Shown: positions 26,504 through 42,014 of the stretch, in pieces | Layout of the letters: each line of letters opens with the position of its first letter | Position numbering within the stretch: position 1 is the stretch's first letter | Origin: Octopus sinensis | Lineage: Eukaryota | NCBI RefSeq assembly: GCF_006345805.1 | Contig: NC_042997.1 | Coordinates: 8,060,001-8,124,000 of the forward strand | Reading direction: 5' to 3' | DNA: 64,000 nt | Made by a program: the position numbers and the translations under genes | The notes under the pieces: model-generated | Seen by the model: the letters and a program-made list of their open reading frames with translations, nothing else | What the model was told of the DNA's origin: nothing | Databases searched by the model: none

Positions 26504-27885
26504 ATATATATCAGTAATGCAATACAAAGTATTGCCTTCCAGTAAATGTCGGTACTTAGTTGTGCCATTTATTACTAATGTATATATATATATATTTCTG
26601 TGTGTGTGTATGTGTGTGCTTATCCGTGTCTATAATACGTGTATTGCAGTGAAGCATATCTAATCCATTATCTCGATATTTGCTTCATAACTGGAATGGA
26701 GATCATTAACATAAAACAAATAGGTAAACAGGTAAAAATTATAAAATCAGTTTAGCAATGACTACGTTATTTACGCACACCTGAATCACCGAGTATGCTT
26801 TATAATAAATTGTCAAATCTGAATAAGTATTCGAAGTTTGTTTCAACTGCTAAACGTCGCCCACATAATATTTGTTTATATTCCAACTACATAATGTGTA
26901 AATAGGCATACATATGTTTGATACAGTAGCTTCCGGTTATAAAAGAAGTTGCTTAAAAGGTAAGTTTGTGTCTCCCAAGAATCTTCAACATACATGATCG
27001 AAGATTAAAATGATAATTATAGAAATGTACTGGTTTAATCCAGCACCCAATCTTGATATTTCCGTGATGAACGCTAAGAATTTCCCTTTCTTAATTAAAG
27101 AACACTTGGCAAATACACAGTAATGTCATAGCCTCTGTAATGTTCAAAATACTTAGCTGAGCTACTTTAGCTGCATCAATATCTGAACAAATACGACGCG
27201 CTAAGACACGGATGATTCAGAGCATTCATTCGCCGAAATACATGAGTGTTCTTCTACATTGAGAAAAATATTTGATATTTTTCAGAAAGGGTTCTGTGTA
27301 GTAATTCTCACTCTTGGCATTCCACAGAAATTATACCTGATTTCCGTGGAAAATTTAAGCTACCTTTACATTTCTCCAGACTCACAATCAAAAGGAACCT
27401 ATACTTTCCATTAATCTAATTTTAATTTTCAAACTTCGCAACCGTGGAATTGTGTGCAATGAACATTCTGAACACTTCATCCGTCTATACACACTGTCCA
27501 GACGGCTGTCATATTAAATCCGTAAGAAATGCAAATATTACCAGACAAACTTATTCCTTAACAAAAAAAAAATCGAGTCGTCATTGAATTGACTCAATGC
27601 GGGTTGCTAAACGGCTACATTTGAATCAGTAACTCTTTATATTTCAGTAAAGGTGTAACATATATGCACACATATCCCACTATTTTCCATTACACGAAAT
27701 CTGAACTGAATTCTTATTAGCAATATTACTGCATTAATAGCTGCTAGTATTTTCCATTACGTTCTACTGGTAATTGCATAATTATTAAATAACCCGTTGT
27801 AAATTTCATTACTATTACTGCAATGTCTAATTAAAAATGGGAACATTACTTTTGCACAATGTCCATCAACAAATAATTTCAGATA

Positions 27886-27988
27886 CTACTACTACTACTA
27901 CTACTACACTACTACTACTACTACTACTACTACTAATACTACTACTACTACCACTACTACTACTACTACAACTACTACTACTACTACA

Positions 27989-28059
<71 letters not shown>
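27886..28059. repeat. (CTA)n microsatellite
   Basis: Direct reading of the sequence. Confidence 0.95.
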
Positions 28060-28240
28060 CAAACAGAATATCTCTTCAGAAGCACACTAGTCAGCATCAA
28101 ACTCTACGAGTTAACTGCCATTAAATCCACTACGCGATTAAAGGAGCTTAGAAGTTTACTACCTTACAACTGAATCTTTAAGTAATATTATATTGATATA
28201 TAATATATTGATATTATATGTGTGCGCGTATGAGTTTACA

Positions 28241-28243
28241 TAA

Positions 28244-28321
<78 letters not shown>
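28241..28321. repeat. (GATA)n microsatellite
   Basis: Direct reading of the sequence. Confidence 0.95.
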
Positions 28322-28322
<1 letters not shown>

Positions 28323-29243
28323 TTTGCTAGTATGTGTGTATATTTGTGTATGTATGAATATACATGTACATCCGTGTATGATTATACTTGAAATAAAATG
28401 AGAATATATTCGGAGAAGTAGTGTGTTCATATACTTTAGAGGCAGTGGCACAATATGTTGCTATATATATGTGTGTGTGCCCGTGTGTGTGTGTGTATGT
28501 GTATGTGTGTGGTGTGTGTATGTGTGTGTGTATGTGTGTTTGTATGCGAAGGTATATAAAAAGAAAAGAGGGGGCATTATGAAAAGAATACACGATGGAA
28601 TTTTTTCAAATATATGAGAAGTTTTAAATGTAAAATTCATTCATAGCTTCTCCTTTGCAGACAAATTTTATGATATTTTTAAATATTGGATACATATTAT
28701 TTTATTTTTTTACTTATACGCTTCTCTTTATAGATTACAATATTTTTCTTCAATTTATATAAAGAATAGTTTATTCAACTGTAATTGAAATTAGAAAATG
28801 GGAATTGATATTTTTTCAAATTTAAACTTGTCTGGAGACGGAACAGTTTACACTGATCTAAGAATATGCACTTCCCTTCTTTTGTTTCTTTCTTTCCTTC
28901 TTTTATTCTTTTCAATTTTTATATATTTATATTGATTTTTCATTTATGTTTGGCTTCCCCAACTCTTGCCCTTACGTAGTTTTTCTCTTTTCTGAAATAT
29001 TTTGTAATTTTTTCCTTTTCATTGCCAGTTTTCTTAAACATATTTTAGAATATTCTTAGATCGTTTTCACTATATTCTCTTTTCATGTTTATTGAGTGGC
29101 GAACAAGAAATCAACTGCTAGAACTGATAATTATTTTCAACACATTATTGATATTCTGTCTTGATTGTAATATAAATAAATTGAATGCTATATTTGTTTT
29201 AATATTTTTATTAAATGGGCTTTTTTTGTATTTTACGTTTCTT

Positions 29244-29289
<46 letters not shown>

Positions 29290-29897
29290 GATTATTATTA
29301 TTTCTATAACGCTTTTTGATTTAAAGTTAAAAAATAAGCAGTTATTTTAATGATTTTATATTTGCGTAACTTTTTTACACTTCTCTTATTTATATTTTAT
29401 GCATGATTCATGTTTTATTTTGTATTCTCTAAATTCTTTAACCTTTTTTAAAATGTTATCCAATCAAAATTTGACAATTATGTACAATCTTCTTTTTTAA
29501 TCGATTAATCAGTTCACCATTCAACATTTTTACATCTGAACTGTAAATTTGAAAGCAATTGCTATCCAAATGTCTTTGCTCCTAATATCTGAACAATTAT
29601 TTAATGCTAAGAAATACTAAATTACAAAAATAAAAACTTTCAAAAAGCGGTAAAAAGAAGGAAGAAAATCAGTAAAGCAGACTTTATTTTAATGTGCATA
29701 CCAATTTATCATTATTAAACTGCATTCTTTTAGATAATCTTTGTTGTGATAGACCATTTTGAAGTATAATACACTAACAAAAACTTAAGACATTTTCCGC
29801 TTATATTTTTTTAATGTGTTTGAATACGTTTTATATAATTTATGAGATTTTGTTCAAAAATGTTTTTAACATATTTTCTAAAACCTAACAAAAGTAA

Positions 29898-30095
29898 GCA
29901 AAAATTTCGTAAAATACATATTAAATAAATTATAATATATGCCATATATTTTAATGATAATGAAGAATACAAACAAATAATGCATAGATATCTATTGCAA
30001 AAATTTCGTAAAATACATATTAAATAAATTATAATATATGCCATATATTTTAATGATAATGAAGAATACAAACAAATAATGCATAGATATCTATT
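29898..30095 (+). repeat. Perfect 99-bp tandem duplication
   Basis: gcaaaaatttcgtaaaatac..gcatagatatctatt occurs at 29898-29996 and 29997-30095. Confidence 0.92.
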
Positions 30096-30941
30096 GATTT
30101 ATCCATCATCTCCAGACAATATAGATATTTTTTCTTCAAATAATTGATTCAACGCTTAAAGGGGTCACTCAGCTGGAGAATGATATGCATACACATATGT
30201 TTATATGTAACTGTATATATACATATATACATACATATAATGACACATACACATATACATTGTTATATGCACACATAAATACGCACAGACATATATACGC
30301 ATGTCTGCCTATATGTATGTATGTACCTCCTGCAGAAATTCATACGTACATACTCTCTAGTGTTTATGTATGTCCGTAACTTCATGTAAACTATAAAATG
30401 CATATATTATGCCTAAGAACTTTGTGATTATAAATAATTCATAGGTATTGTTTATGCAAAAAATGCAATAAAAATTAGTCAAATCCTCTAGGGTTGTATA
30501 TGTTTGAACACATTAATTCATATAAATTCATATTTATTCATAATATGGAATTAAACTTTAGCTTTACATTTTCCTCCGTAAATAAATATTAAATTTCTTT
30601 ATGTAATTTTTGTAATCAAAACATAAGTACTAAAAGTATCAGATCTTCGCAGGTGTTATAAGCTAAAAACATTGTATCAGTCGCTCTAATTGCATCAGTG
30701 AAAATGCCGAGGTTAGAGAAATATTCTGACGCATGAAACAACTTCTTGCTCAAACGGGGAAATAGATTACAGCCAGAGTTTCTAGGATAATCTACTATAT
30801 TAACTAATGCTTTAGCAACTGCAATTTAGGTAATGTTTCTAAGGAAGGGTAAAAAAGCTAGTTATGGGTTTTCCGATTTTCCGACATGTAGAACTGTAGC
30901 ATTAATCTACTCTCATAAACACACGCATACACGCACACGAT

Positions 30942-30992
<51 letters not shown>

Positions 30993-31023
30993 ATATATAC
31001 ATGAATATATATGTATGTACATG

Positions 31024-31054
<31 letters not shown>

Positions 31055-31318
31055 ATATATATACATATGCGCGCGTGTGTGTGTGTGTGTGTGTGTATGT
31101 GTATAATTTTCCTGTATCATTGTCTCATATAATTTAAAGAATAACTAAAACTTCCCGAGGATGAGGTACTTACCATGAAGCATTCAAATACCCGGAGAAA
31201 AGATTCAACATGTTTTGTTTTCATATTCTTTGGCTGTTTGGGGTTTAAAAAATGCAAAAGATAATTATCATATATATATATATAGGCATGACAGTTATAT
31301 GCATACGTGTTTATATAA

Positions 31319-31391
<73 letters not shown>

Positions 31392-32149
31392 GCACCTAAC
31401 GCTATATTTTTTCACTCCCCTTGATCTTAAAATATGAACACAAAATATGAACACCAAAAAATGGAACAGGAACGTAACAATTATATATATATACATACAT
31501 ATATACATACATATATACATACATATATGTATAAGCTTGTATATTTATATATAGAATACTTTGTATTATATTATATTACATATGTATAGATATATATGGA
31601 GAGAAACGAAGTGTTATAAAATTATATACTCAGGCTATATAACAGCGATGAAACCAGACTTCGAGCTTATTCCATGATTTCTCTTTCTATAGTCTGTTCA
31701 TGTTTGTAAAATGATAGCGAGTGGTAGTTCATTAGGACGGTAACATTGAGAAAGACAATGAAAGCACTGACCTAAGAATGAATAATGATTTCAAATACGA
31801 TGCAATCGCTTTCAACAGATGCTCCCTCGAGATGTAGTCGATTGTCGACTGTATGTACCTACCATAAAAATTGATAGGACTGGACTTCGGAAAGAAAAAC
31901 ATCAATGATTTGTAAACTAGAATGTGATGTGGAACGAAAAAGCTGATCTGATATAATAAATATTGTTAAATACATATACTAATGTATATGCTTTGTGTAT
32001 TTTCCGGTGGCTGCAATTGCGTAGCGGAGTATATAACTCTCATGTCACCCGTGTAAAAACACCTTAGAGCTAAGGACAGGCGTAATATCTCACGCTCAAT
32101 CGCCTTTGGGGGTGATAAACATTAATGTTCCACCATTTTTGCAGCTTAT

Positions 32150-32900
32150 CAGCACCACTAACCCGCAGACCCAAAAATGAATAATATTATCAATACACAT
32201 AAAATCCTCAAATGTACAAGACAACATAAATCTTTGAAAAAACTCTTGACAAATGCCAAACTTCACACACCACATCCACCCCCATCAGTTAAAAAATGTG
32301 CACGCCAGAACTGAGACACCTGCCCCTTCCTACTTGAAAGCTATGAATTTACTTTCAAACAAGGAATAAAGTTTAAAATCAAGACCAACTTCTCATGATC
32401 CTCCGAGAACTTATCTACGTTCTCACATACACCGGTTGCCAGCATAATTATGTTGGACAAACGAGCCTCCCTTTACGTAAAAAGTAGCGGTCCATAAAGA
32501 ACAAATAAATCTCCCAGAATACCGTCAAATTCCACTAAGTAGCCACATAGACTGGTGCGCTAAAGACAAAAATCCTAAATTTTACATATTCCCCTTCTAC
32601 CAATGTAAAGACGGAATCACTACGCAAGAAAGAATTAACAAGGAGAATCTTTTTATTGAAAAATTCAAAACGCATCTTAATATGCAAGCTCCATCATGAT
32701 CGTAATTATTTTTTCTAACATCCTATCTGACAAAAAATTGATAATCCCAATTGAAGAGCATAAAATCCACAGAGTTGTATCCCCTTACCCACAGAAACTG
32801 GGTAACTCCTACCCCATTTCCTGTTTTGACATTCATTTAACAAACACCATAAACTAAGCACCACGTTTAATCACATGGATCTCAATCCTCCAAGGTAATT
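32150..32900 (+). mobile_element. Penelope-like element 3' fragment (GIY-YIG domain)
   Basis: DPKMNNII..SLKKLLTNAK..VKKC..C.TCPFL..FS..SENLIYVLT..GCQHNYVGQTS..HKEQINLPEYRQIPLSSHI..ENLFIEKFK.HLN; stop at 32697-32699. Confidence 0.85.
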
Positions 32901-33203
32901 TTTCCTATCATTGAACTCAAGATACATAAAGACTTTACAATGTATCGGTATACAAATTTTTTAATTTTTGTATTTGTTTATTATCCTTATTTTGCAAAAA
33001 ACAATGTAAATTTCTTTTTTCCCCTCCTCAATATTAAAAAAATTCTTTTCACGTTTCAATTCTTGAAAATTTGCATTGCGATGAAAACGGTTAGAGTTCA
33101 TTTTTTTTTTTTAATTTTCCATACAACCACTTTTATTAAAATTACCTTCAATTTAGCATTCTGCCTTTTTAAATTTAATCGCCTATATATATATATTTAA
33201 ATA

Positions 33204-33259
<56 letters not shown>

Positions 33260-34049
33260 GAAATGTATGTATGTATATATACATATATGGCTACAGGACG
33301 TCACCAATTGTGCAAACAACATGCTATACGTAAACAATATATTTAAATATGTAAACAACAAGAGAAACGAACGGAAAACAGGGAAAGTTAACACAGAGAA
33401 AGGACCCTTCATCACTTGTTGGCTGTATATTTACTCTTCATTTCGAGCATTCAACGATAATAATAGTCTTCAAAGACAGTTGCTCCCATAAGTACCAAAA
33501 TATAATTTGGGATTTATCGAGGGTCAAAGTTGGGAACAAAAACAGGACCGTAGAAACATACATGGAAACGGAACGAAAACAAACATGAAGGGTCGTCAGA
33601 TCAGAATGAGGGTAAAATAGCGAACGCTGGAGAAATATCTTCTTTCACATCAGAAAAGACAGAAGAGGGAGACAGGATACATCCGCTCCTTAGGACATTC
33701 ATGAAAGGCAAGAAAGATGATCACGTGAGGAAAAGAAAGATGGACGATGGTCAAGTGTGAGCAACATGAGAGAGAAAAAGAGAAATAGTAGGAGAGAGAC
33801 AGACATAAAACGGTGAAGGGGAGAAAAATGAAATTTGAGAAAGGATGAGAGAGAAAACGATAGAAGGGAAAACAGTATATATATATATATATATGTGTGT
33901 ATGTGTGTCCCCGTCTGTCTGTCTCTCTCTCTCTCTGTATGTATGTATACAATATATGTATGTATATATACACACAATATTAAAGAAGACATGCTTGTAC
34001 GCATGCATAAATATATACATACATGCATGCATACATACATGCATACATG

Positions 34050-34081
<32 letters not shown>

Positions 34082-34881
34082 CATACGTACATACAAACGT
34101 AGTATACTGATTCTGCGAGGAAACGATGTCAATTATCAGTATCAAACAAATATATAAATTCTAAATATATTTAGAACTTTTCCTCCGGTTTGTTTGTGTA
34201 TGCATGCAAGTGAGTGTGGGAGGGCTCTGGGCGCATTTGCATATCTGTGTATCTGTTTATGTGCGAATACTCTGTGTTGCAATCTTTCAAACTATACTTA
34301 TCGTTCAATCTCTCCGGTAACAGATGTTTCCTGATTAATCATGACTTACGTTCTTTAACACATTTCTGTCCATTTATTGATCCCATCACTATTCATGTAT
34401 TTCTGTGTTTGAATTTGTCTATTTATCCATCAATCTGTCATACTCTCTTTTCTATTATATTTCACATAGCAGATGTAGCTTTATAACTTAGAAATTAAAA
34501 ATAAAAACTTATGTAGTATCTACTATGCAAACAATACTTTGTAGTGATAGAATTAATTAGAGATATCGTATGTTTTTATTATTTCGTTTCTTGGTAAGAG
34601 ACTTACTCTCTTATTTTAACTAGTTATTGTTGATTTAATCATTGGGGATATCTCAGATTGTCATTGAAGATGAAAGGTAATCCTCTCTAGTATTTCCCAT
34701 CCTTAAGAATGAAATGTCTCTGTTACTTGGAAGATTAGTTTATCTAGAACACAAGAGTGAGAAGCAAATAATTCAGCTCGAGTCAATATTTAGAAGAAAA
34801 AAACACCTTTGATCTTGGTCTTACTCGATCAAATTCCATACAATGAATAAATGGGTGTTTATACATATTTATAGCATACGT

Positions 34882-34914
<33 letters not shown>

Positions 34915-35177
34915 CATATATACATATACTCAATCATGTATATATATATATATATATATACAGACACACACATATATATATACATGTATTTATACGTAAA
35001 TATATACATATATACAAACTGATGTGTACATATACCAATGTATCTCTGCATATACATGTAAGTGTAGCTGTCTCTGTGAGTGGGCATGCACCTAACGTGC
35101 TATTTTTTGCGTTCTCTTGTGATGAGGAGGAGAATTATGGGGATTAGGATGAGGAGGAGGAGGAGGTGGGAGGAGAA

Positions 35178-35290
35178 TAATGATGTCGACGGCGATGACG
35201 ACGATGACGATGATGGTGATAATGATGACGACGACGATGATGATGACGATGATGATGATGACAACGGTGATGAGGACGATGACAATGATG
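35178..35290. repeat. (GAT/GAC)n microsatellite
   Basis: Direct reading of the sequence. Confidence 0.9.
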
Positions 35291-35916
35291 TTCATTTCTT
35301 CCAGTGACGTGAGGTCATATTTATGAAAGGACTATATTTATTTGTTTGAATAATAAAAACTAGACGAATATATAGACGGAGCGAAAGATGGATTGATATA
35401 TAAAGATATATAGAGAAATAAATAACGAGCTTAATTGCAACCTCACTCACACAAATATGTATGCACATGTGTATATGTGTTCGTGCGTGCGTGTGTAGCT
35501 TCCATTCATATATGTTGCTTATAAACTATCCATCAATAAATCAATTATCTATTTATGTGGTAATCTGTCTATCTCCCTCTGTTTGCGTTAGTCTTTTACA
35601 ACAGGGACAAAAGCCGTTGTTACTTGAGACCTACTCTGGGGCAATATTCAATCTATGGTCTGAAAATCATACCAGACTGTACAAATAATCTCAGTCCGTA
35701 TAAAATATAAATTTAGTCTTCATCCACAACGTAAATCCTCACAGAAAAACAATTCGTTAAAAAAATACTGAATGTTATTTGGAAAGTTGTGATATTTGCT
35801 TATATCTTTCATAGTGTTGGTTTTTCCTGATAAATATCAAGCTGTGTAATGCTTATTGTGGAATTACTATCTAATAAGCAAAGTACTTCTGCGAGGCAAT
35901 TACATCAATGATAATG

Positions 35917-36110
35917 ACAGATGATGATGACAAAGTCAATGCCGAGAGCGACAATGATGACGACGACGATGATGATGACGGCGACGACGACGACGACGAA
36001 GAAGAAGAAGAAGAAGAAGAAGAAGAAGAAGAAGAAGAAGAAGAAGAAGAAGAAGAAGAAGAAGAAGAAGAAGAAGAAGAAGAAGAAGAAGGAGAAGAAG
36101 AAGAAGAAGA
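35917..36110. repeat. Compound (GAT/GAC)n-(GAA)n microsatellite
   Basis: Direct reading; includes a long, nearly pure GAA run. Confidence 0.95.
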
Positions 36111-36224
36111 CAGCGCCAACAATTTTGGCGGTGATTTTATTAATGGTCCTCATGTTAATTGTGATAGTTTTAATCATTTCGACTATCGGAATAAGCCCAG
36201 GGCTTTAGGGGAGTGTAATAATCT

Positions 36225-36335
36225 ATGAGATCGAGCTGGTACTTATTTTATCGATCCCGGAATGATGAAAGGCAAAGTCGACCTTAGCGGAATTTGAAAG
36301 TGAAACGTAAAGGCGGACGAAATGCTGCTAACATT
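36225..36335 (-). mobile_element. SINE family A, partial copy
   Basis: ggtacttattttatcgatcccggaatgatgaaaggcaaagtcgacc is the reverse complement of the family A body. Confidence 0.75.
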
Positions 36336-37490
36336 TTCTCAGGCGTACTATTTTGCAAGCGCGGTGTCTTGGCAATAGCGATAATGATGATATCTTGCCC
36401 AATGTTGTTGCCGTGGATGAAGATGATAATACTGACTGACTCTGCTGACTAAAATGGTTATGTGGATTATACTGATGATTGCAATAAGCATAATGTTGAT
36501 GTAGGTGCACGGAATTTAAGAAACATGAGGAAATAATAATTAAATAATGATGATAATGATGATGTTAATTAAAGGTCTGTTGTTGATGATGAGGATTTTG
36601 ATAACTGACAAGAAATTTTGTACATTCTTCTTCAATTTAATTTTACAGTTAGGGCAGCCGTGATTTGAGAATGGACAACGAATGTCACAGTGTTTATATT
36701 TGTCCATTCAATGTACGTGACACAAACTTATTACATGAATGTTTATGCTGCCATTTTCTGTGACAGACGTCAATATTTTGGTCTTCAACTTTTCGAATCA
36801 ATAAATCATTTAGGAAAGGGAAAAAAATGTCGAAAATTTCGTTGGAATAGTGTCTCTGCAAGACATTGTATCAGTTCTAAATGGACAAATAGAATGTGAA
36901 TGCTTGGTTCGATAATATTCTGCCATATATGTTATTTACAAACTGAATGGTATGTTCAAATATGTCTGTTGCTTTCAATTCTCATATAATGTTCAATATC
37001 CTAAAAAATGTTTAATTCATGTTTGGATCAGGTTATGTGCACAATAATGTCAATTAAACTAATGAGAACAATTGTTATTGCATTAGCTTGAGATAAATAT
37101 CTGCGACTGGAGTTCTTAGTCATTATGTGCAAGTATGCAATACACGTGGAATATCGGTGCGTATTTACTGCATGATTATATATTATTTTAGGCGATGCCA
37201 CTGATGAAGTACAGATGATAAATTAATTTGTTCATTAAAACAGAAACTCGAGTTTGGGATTAACTGTCAATAATTGATGTTTTCATTATCTTTGGAATTA
37301 CTTTTAGATTTGGTTGCTCTCCCTACCATGTAAGGCGTCCTGTAAAGGGTCACTTCTTTTTTGTATAAATACCATACAGATTGTATATAAAAATATGTTG
37401 TCTATTGACTTTTATTATGCAGGCTAGCCAACGGTATGAAAAGTTTCTAAATTTTCTATCCTTATATATATATATAATATATATATATTA

Positions 37491-37565
<75 letters not shown>

Positions 37566-37612
37566 ATATATATATATATATATATAATATATATATATAT
37601 ATATGTATGTAT

Positions 37613-37652
<40 letters not shown>

Positions 37653-37677
37653 TATATATATATTATATATATATATA

Positions 37678-37713
<36 letters not shown>

Positions 37714-37727
37714 GAAACTCAAACACA

Positions 37728-38048
37728 TATGTGAAGGCGCATGACTCAGAGGTTGGAGCGTCGGACTCCCATTCATAAGGTGGTGAATTCCATTGGGCTA
37801 TGCGTTGTATTCTTGAGAAAGACTTTTTATTTCACGTTACTCCAGTTCAGGCAGCTGTAAGAATGAGTTGAGACGTCACAGGTGCAAAGCTGTATCAGGT
37901 TTGCCATTCCCTTAGAGAACATCGGAGTCTGGTATTCGCGGGCGACTTTTGGTCTTCCACAAACAACATTGCTCAGAATTGTGCCACGGAGGGAAACATA
38001 CTAGGTGCAATCCCATGCTTATTCATGGCCAAAGGGGTTCTTTACCTT
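37728..38048 (+). mobile_element. SINE family B, near full length
   Basis: tRNA-like head gaaggcgcatgactcagaggttggagcg, central ttgtattcttgagaaagact, and tail ctaggtgcaatcccatg..ccaaagggg. Confidence 0.7.
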
Positions 38049-38055
38049 CATATAT

Positions 38056-38120
<65 letters not shown>

Positions 38121-38325
38121 TGGTTGTGTGTATATATATTATATATATATATATATATGTGTGTGTGTGCGTGTGTGTGTATATATAAATTTATATATAT
38201 ATATATATTATATATTTATACGTATACGCAAAATATGTATGTGGAACCTTACATATATAAGCGTGTATATATATGTGTATATATATATATATATATACAT
38301 ACATATATATATACTTATTATACAA

Positions 38326-38360
<35 letters not shown>

Positions 38361-40334
38361 TGTGTGAAAGTTTCACAATCGAAGCTCTGTCCTCAGGAAG
38401 CACATCTGCGAATACCGCCAATCTTTTATATGCATGCAGATGTTTTCGTTTTGCGAGAAATACAAGACATAAAACATGAAATTCTTGGTTAAGTATATTA
38501 GTCACAGACATGTATATATTAAAGCAAAAACTAGAATTTATGGTATTGTTGTTAACCCTGCAGTTACAATTATTTAATTACAACACAGGAAATACATTTT
38601 ATGAACAACGATATTAATAATAATATTAGACAATAATATATATATACACATTTCGTTCATTTTCCCCTTAAAAATATTTTTAGTAGTAATAGATCCAATA
38701 TATTACTCTTCGGTTAAGCCGAAAGTGTTTGAAGATCTGTTTCTCTATTATAAAATATCCGTTAAAAAGTAATCACAACTATATACAAAACGAGCCCAAA
38801 ATTTATATCAACTGCGAGCTAAATGAAAAAATATTCAAATTCTTGGCAGAGAATTTTCATCGAGAAAATCAGAGAAAAATAATTCTGTGGAGCTCTATTA
38901 GAGTATTCTTCAATGTGGCATTAATTGGATTGGTTAACGGGAGAGGGTTTATTAATTGTGTTACATATATGTATAGGTTTTTGAAGGTAGGCAATGTACA
39001 AGAGAAAAGTTGTATAGCAGAAGTGATTGTCTCCATGCATGTATATTATATGTTTACGTTCTGCTACGTAAATCTACATGCATGAAGGATTATAGTTAAG
39101 TGTACGGAATATTGAGTATAGGTGTGCAATAAGCTGTTTATTGCGTTTGTGTGTGTGCATTCCAGGAGAAAAATTGTAATGTAGCAAATCTGAACCAAAA
39201 CCCAAAATAATTTCAAATACGTATTTTAAAAGGAAGAAAAATGTAATATCCACAATAGGGATTTGAAATCAGGTCACATCTTAGTATAATACCAGCTTAC
39301 CTTTTTGTTATGTACCACTTCCCAACCATCCATTACATTACGTACCACGTTTCGTTTGAAATACCAAGTCAAAAAACGTTTCATTGATTTCATTTTGAAG
39401 TACTTGAAATGCATCAATCTAAAGCCACATGTCAACTTAACTGCCTTAAATTTTGGCTAAAGTAATTCTGAATTCCTTTTACCAAATCTGATTACCTACG
39501 TTCGTCGTATTCTGAATGGATGTATAAAATTCCATTTCTGATTTTATGATTTAAATGTTTGTCAATACAGTTAGCTTAACAGAAAACAAATTTGAATTCT
39601 TTTTGACTATCTAGTTCAAAATTGTTGTAAATGTTTCATTCTGCTGAGATTAAAGTTGTCTCTTTTAGTTTCCTAGCAAGTTGATGAAATATGTAATAAT
39701 AATATACTAGTTAAATTCAAACGAATGTATTTTCCATCACAAAATATCGCTCTATATTTACTCAAAACAAAACATTATAAAGTTGCCCTATAGAAGAATC
39801 AACTTCATAGAACAGTCATTTAATTACTATCTCATGTCTATTTAAGTCTATTTTCTCGTCGTTGGACGTCACATTCTATTCTACTTAACACAGCTGAAGA
39901 AATAGGTATCCCAATGTTTTGGTTAATTTTACCTGCCAAACAGACGTCGCTATTGTCTCTTATGTGATAAAAACTACAAAAGTAGTAACGCACCAGTCTA
40001 ATACACTTCCGTTTCTCCTCAAAAGAAATAATATTGATAATGGTTTTGAGAAAACAGAATCAACCAAAAGATGCTAGAATATTGATTTCTCATCAGAAGT
40101 CACTGATGAAAAACCTATTGACCAACATCTATTGGTTTTCAGACGTTTGTATGCGTGTTGGATGCTTTATATATTAATATATTATCTAACATTGCATTCA
40201 GATGTACTGAGTCCTATTCGTATGAATGGTCATCTTAAACTCACTATTACACACGCAAGTACACACATTGCATATACACATATGTATTTGTGTACAATAG
40301 CTCTCTCTCTTTCTCTCTCTCTCTATATATATAC

Positions 40335-40394
<60 letters not shown>

Positions 40395-40414
40395 GATATA
40401 TATATATGTGTGTG

Positions 40415-40527
<113 letters not shown>

Positions 40528-40594
40528 TATTCATATACATATTCACAAATGTTTCTGTGCACATACACACAGAAAGATATATAAACATATATAT

Positions 40595-40710
40595 ACGACC
40601 AGCTTCTTTCAGTTTCTGTCTACTAAATCCGCTCACAAGGTGCAATGCAGTGAGACTGAACCCGGAACAAAGTGATTGGGAAGGACGCTCCTTACGACAC
40701 AGCCAAGCCA
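40595..40710 (-). mobile_element. tRNA-derived SINE head (family C), internally deleted
   Basis: Minus strand ggcttggctgtgtcgtaaggagcg..ccgggttcagtc..gtagacagaaactgaaagaagc. Confidence 0.65.
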
Positions 40711-40860
40711 CACACACACACACACACATACATAATGTATATGTGTGTATGAATTCAGATTTTGCATTAGATGCACCTCTATGATATAAACATTATCGAT
40801 GTCATTTACTCTGAGTATATGATGATGCTTATATATATGTGTATATATATTGATAGATAT

Positions 40861-40927
<67 letters not shown>

Positions 40928-40937
40928 CAAAGACATA

Positions 40938-41156
40938 CACACAGTATGGTGGTTTAAATCGCAGGTGATCTAAACGATTAGGTGCGCTAGCTAAGTGCTG
41001 CAACGGATTACATGGGCGCCAAGGTTATATCCGAGACGGTCATCATGTAGCCATTGCAGATTTCCGATGCAGCGGATATATAATTGTTAAAGAGGAGAAC
41101 AAACGTTAAGGCAAAGCAAATATCTCAAGTCGTATACAATATTATTATTGGAAAAA
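40938..41156 (+). mobile_element. Left half of a palindromic (fold-back/MITE-like) element
   Basis: About 200 bp are the reverse complement of 45782-45980 (~80% by eye). Preceded by TA; terminus CAC. Confidence 0.65.
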
Positions 41157-41794
41157 TTCAAACTCTTGCAGCTCTTTGTGTTATATCCCCGAGGATGTGA
41201 TATTCCGTCACCAGAGACAGATAGAGAAAAATAGGGAAAATGAAAATGGTATATATTAATCAGATGACGACATAGACGAAGAGAGTAAATGAATAATGGA
41301 AATGAAGAGAGAGAAGAAAGAAGCATAATAACAGTTCAAAGTTCAACTTTCTGATGTTGTAGAAACAAGAGCACAAGTCCTTAGGTGGAATCCTGCGTAG
41401 ATCCATGTGGGTTAAATCATTATATAGTAAACATCAGGAGAAAAAAACGCGAACATATCAATGTTCAATAACAGAATGGTAATGGAGGTGCCTATTAACT
41501 GGTAAAAGGAAAGCAAAGTATATAGATAGAAAGAGAGGTAGATAGAGCGAGGGGGAAATTTATTGGCTTCAGTATAAAGTAAGGTGTATAGGCGTATAGT
41601 GTCTAGGAATATTGTGTACGGGGTAGCCGAGAAGATAAGAGTAAGGATGAGAGGGGTAGAGGAAGATAGTGTAATATGATAAAAGCAAAATGAAAGGATT
41701 TTAAATACAGTAGTAGGTATCGGTGGTAGTCTAAAAGTGTATAGGTATTGAGGAGGAAATCTAGTAGTAAGTGAAGGAGGTGACGTGGAGAAGG

Positions 41795-41910
41795 GGGCAA
41801 TATGCATGGGCGACTGCAGGCCTTCCATAAGCAATCTTGCCCGGACTTGTGCTTGGGGGGGTAACTTTCTAGGTACAATCCCTTGACCAGTCATGACCGA
41901 AGGGAGTCTC
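41795..41910 (+). mobile_element. Isolated 3' tail homologous to the SINE family B tail
   Basis: gggcgactgcaggccttcc..ctaggtacaatccc..tcatgaccgaaggg aligns with 37940-38040. Confidence 0.6.
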
Positions 41911-42014
41911 TCTCACATACACACACACACATATATATATATACATACATACATACATACACACACACGCATATACATATATATATATATATATATATAA
42001 TATATATACAAACA

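Noticed and set aside
31680-31745. Possible small host exon (ttctctttctatag..GACG|gtaaca)
   Set aside because: 47 nt with a weak donor, no recognisable protein and no partner exon; needs RNA-seq.
34236-34243. Octamer motif ATTTGCAT
   Set aside because: A single 8-mer is expected by chance in 64 kb of AT-rich DNA, and there is no promoter context.
35908-36228. Acidic poly-D/E ORF (106 aa), and poly-K/F/S in other frames
   Set aside because: Entirely explained by (GAT/GAC)n-(GAA)n; no splice or domain support.
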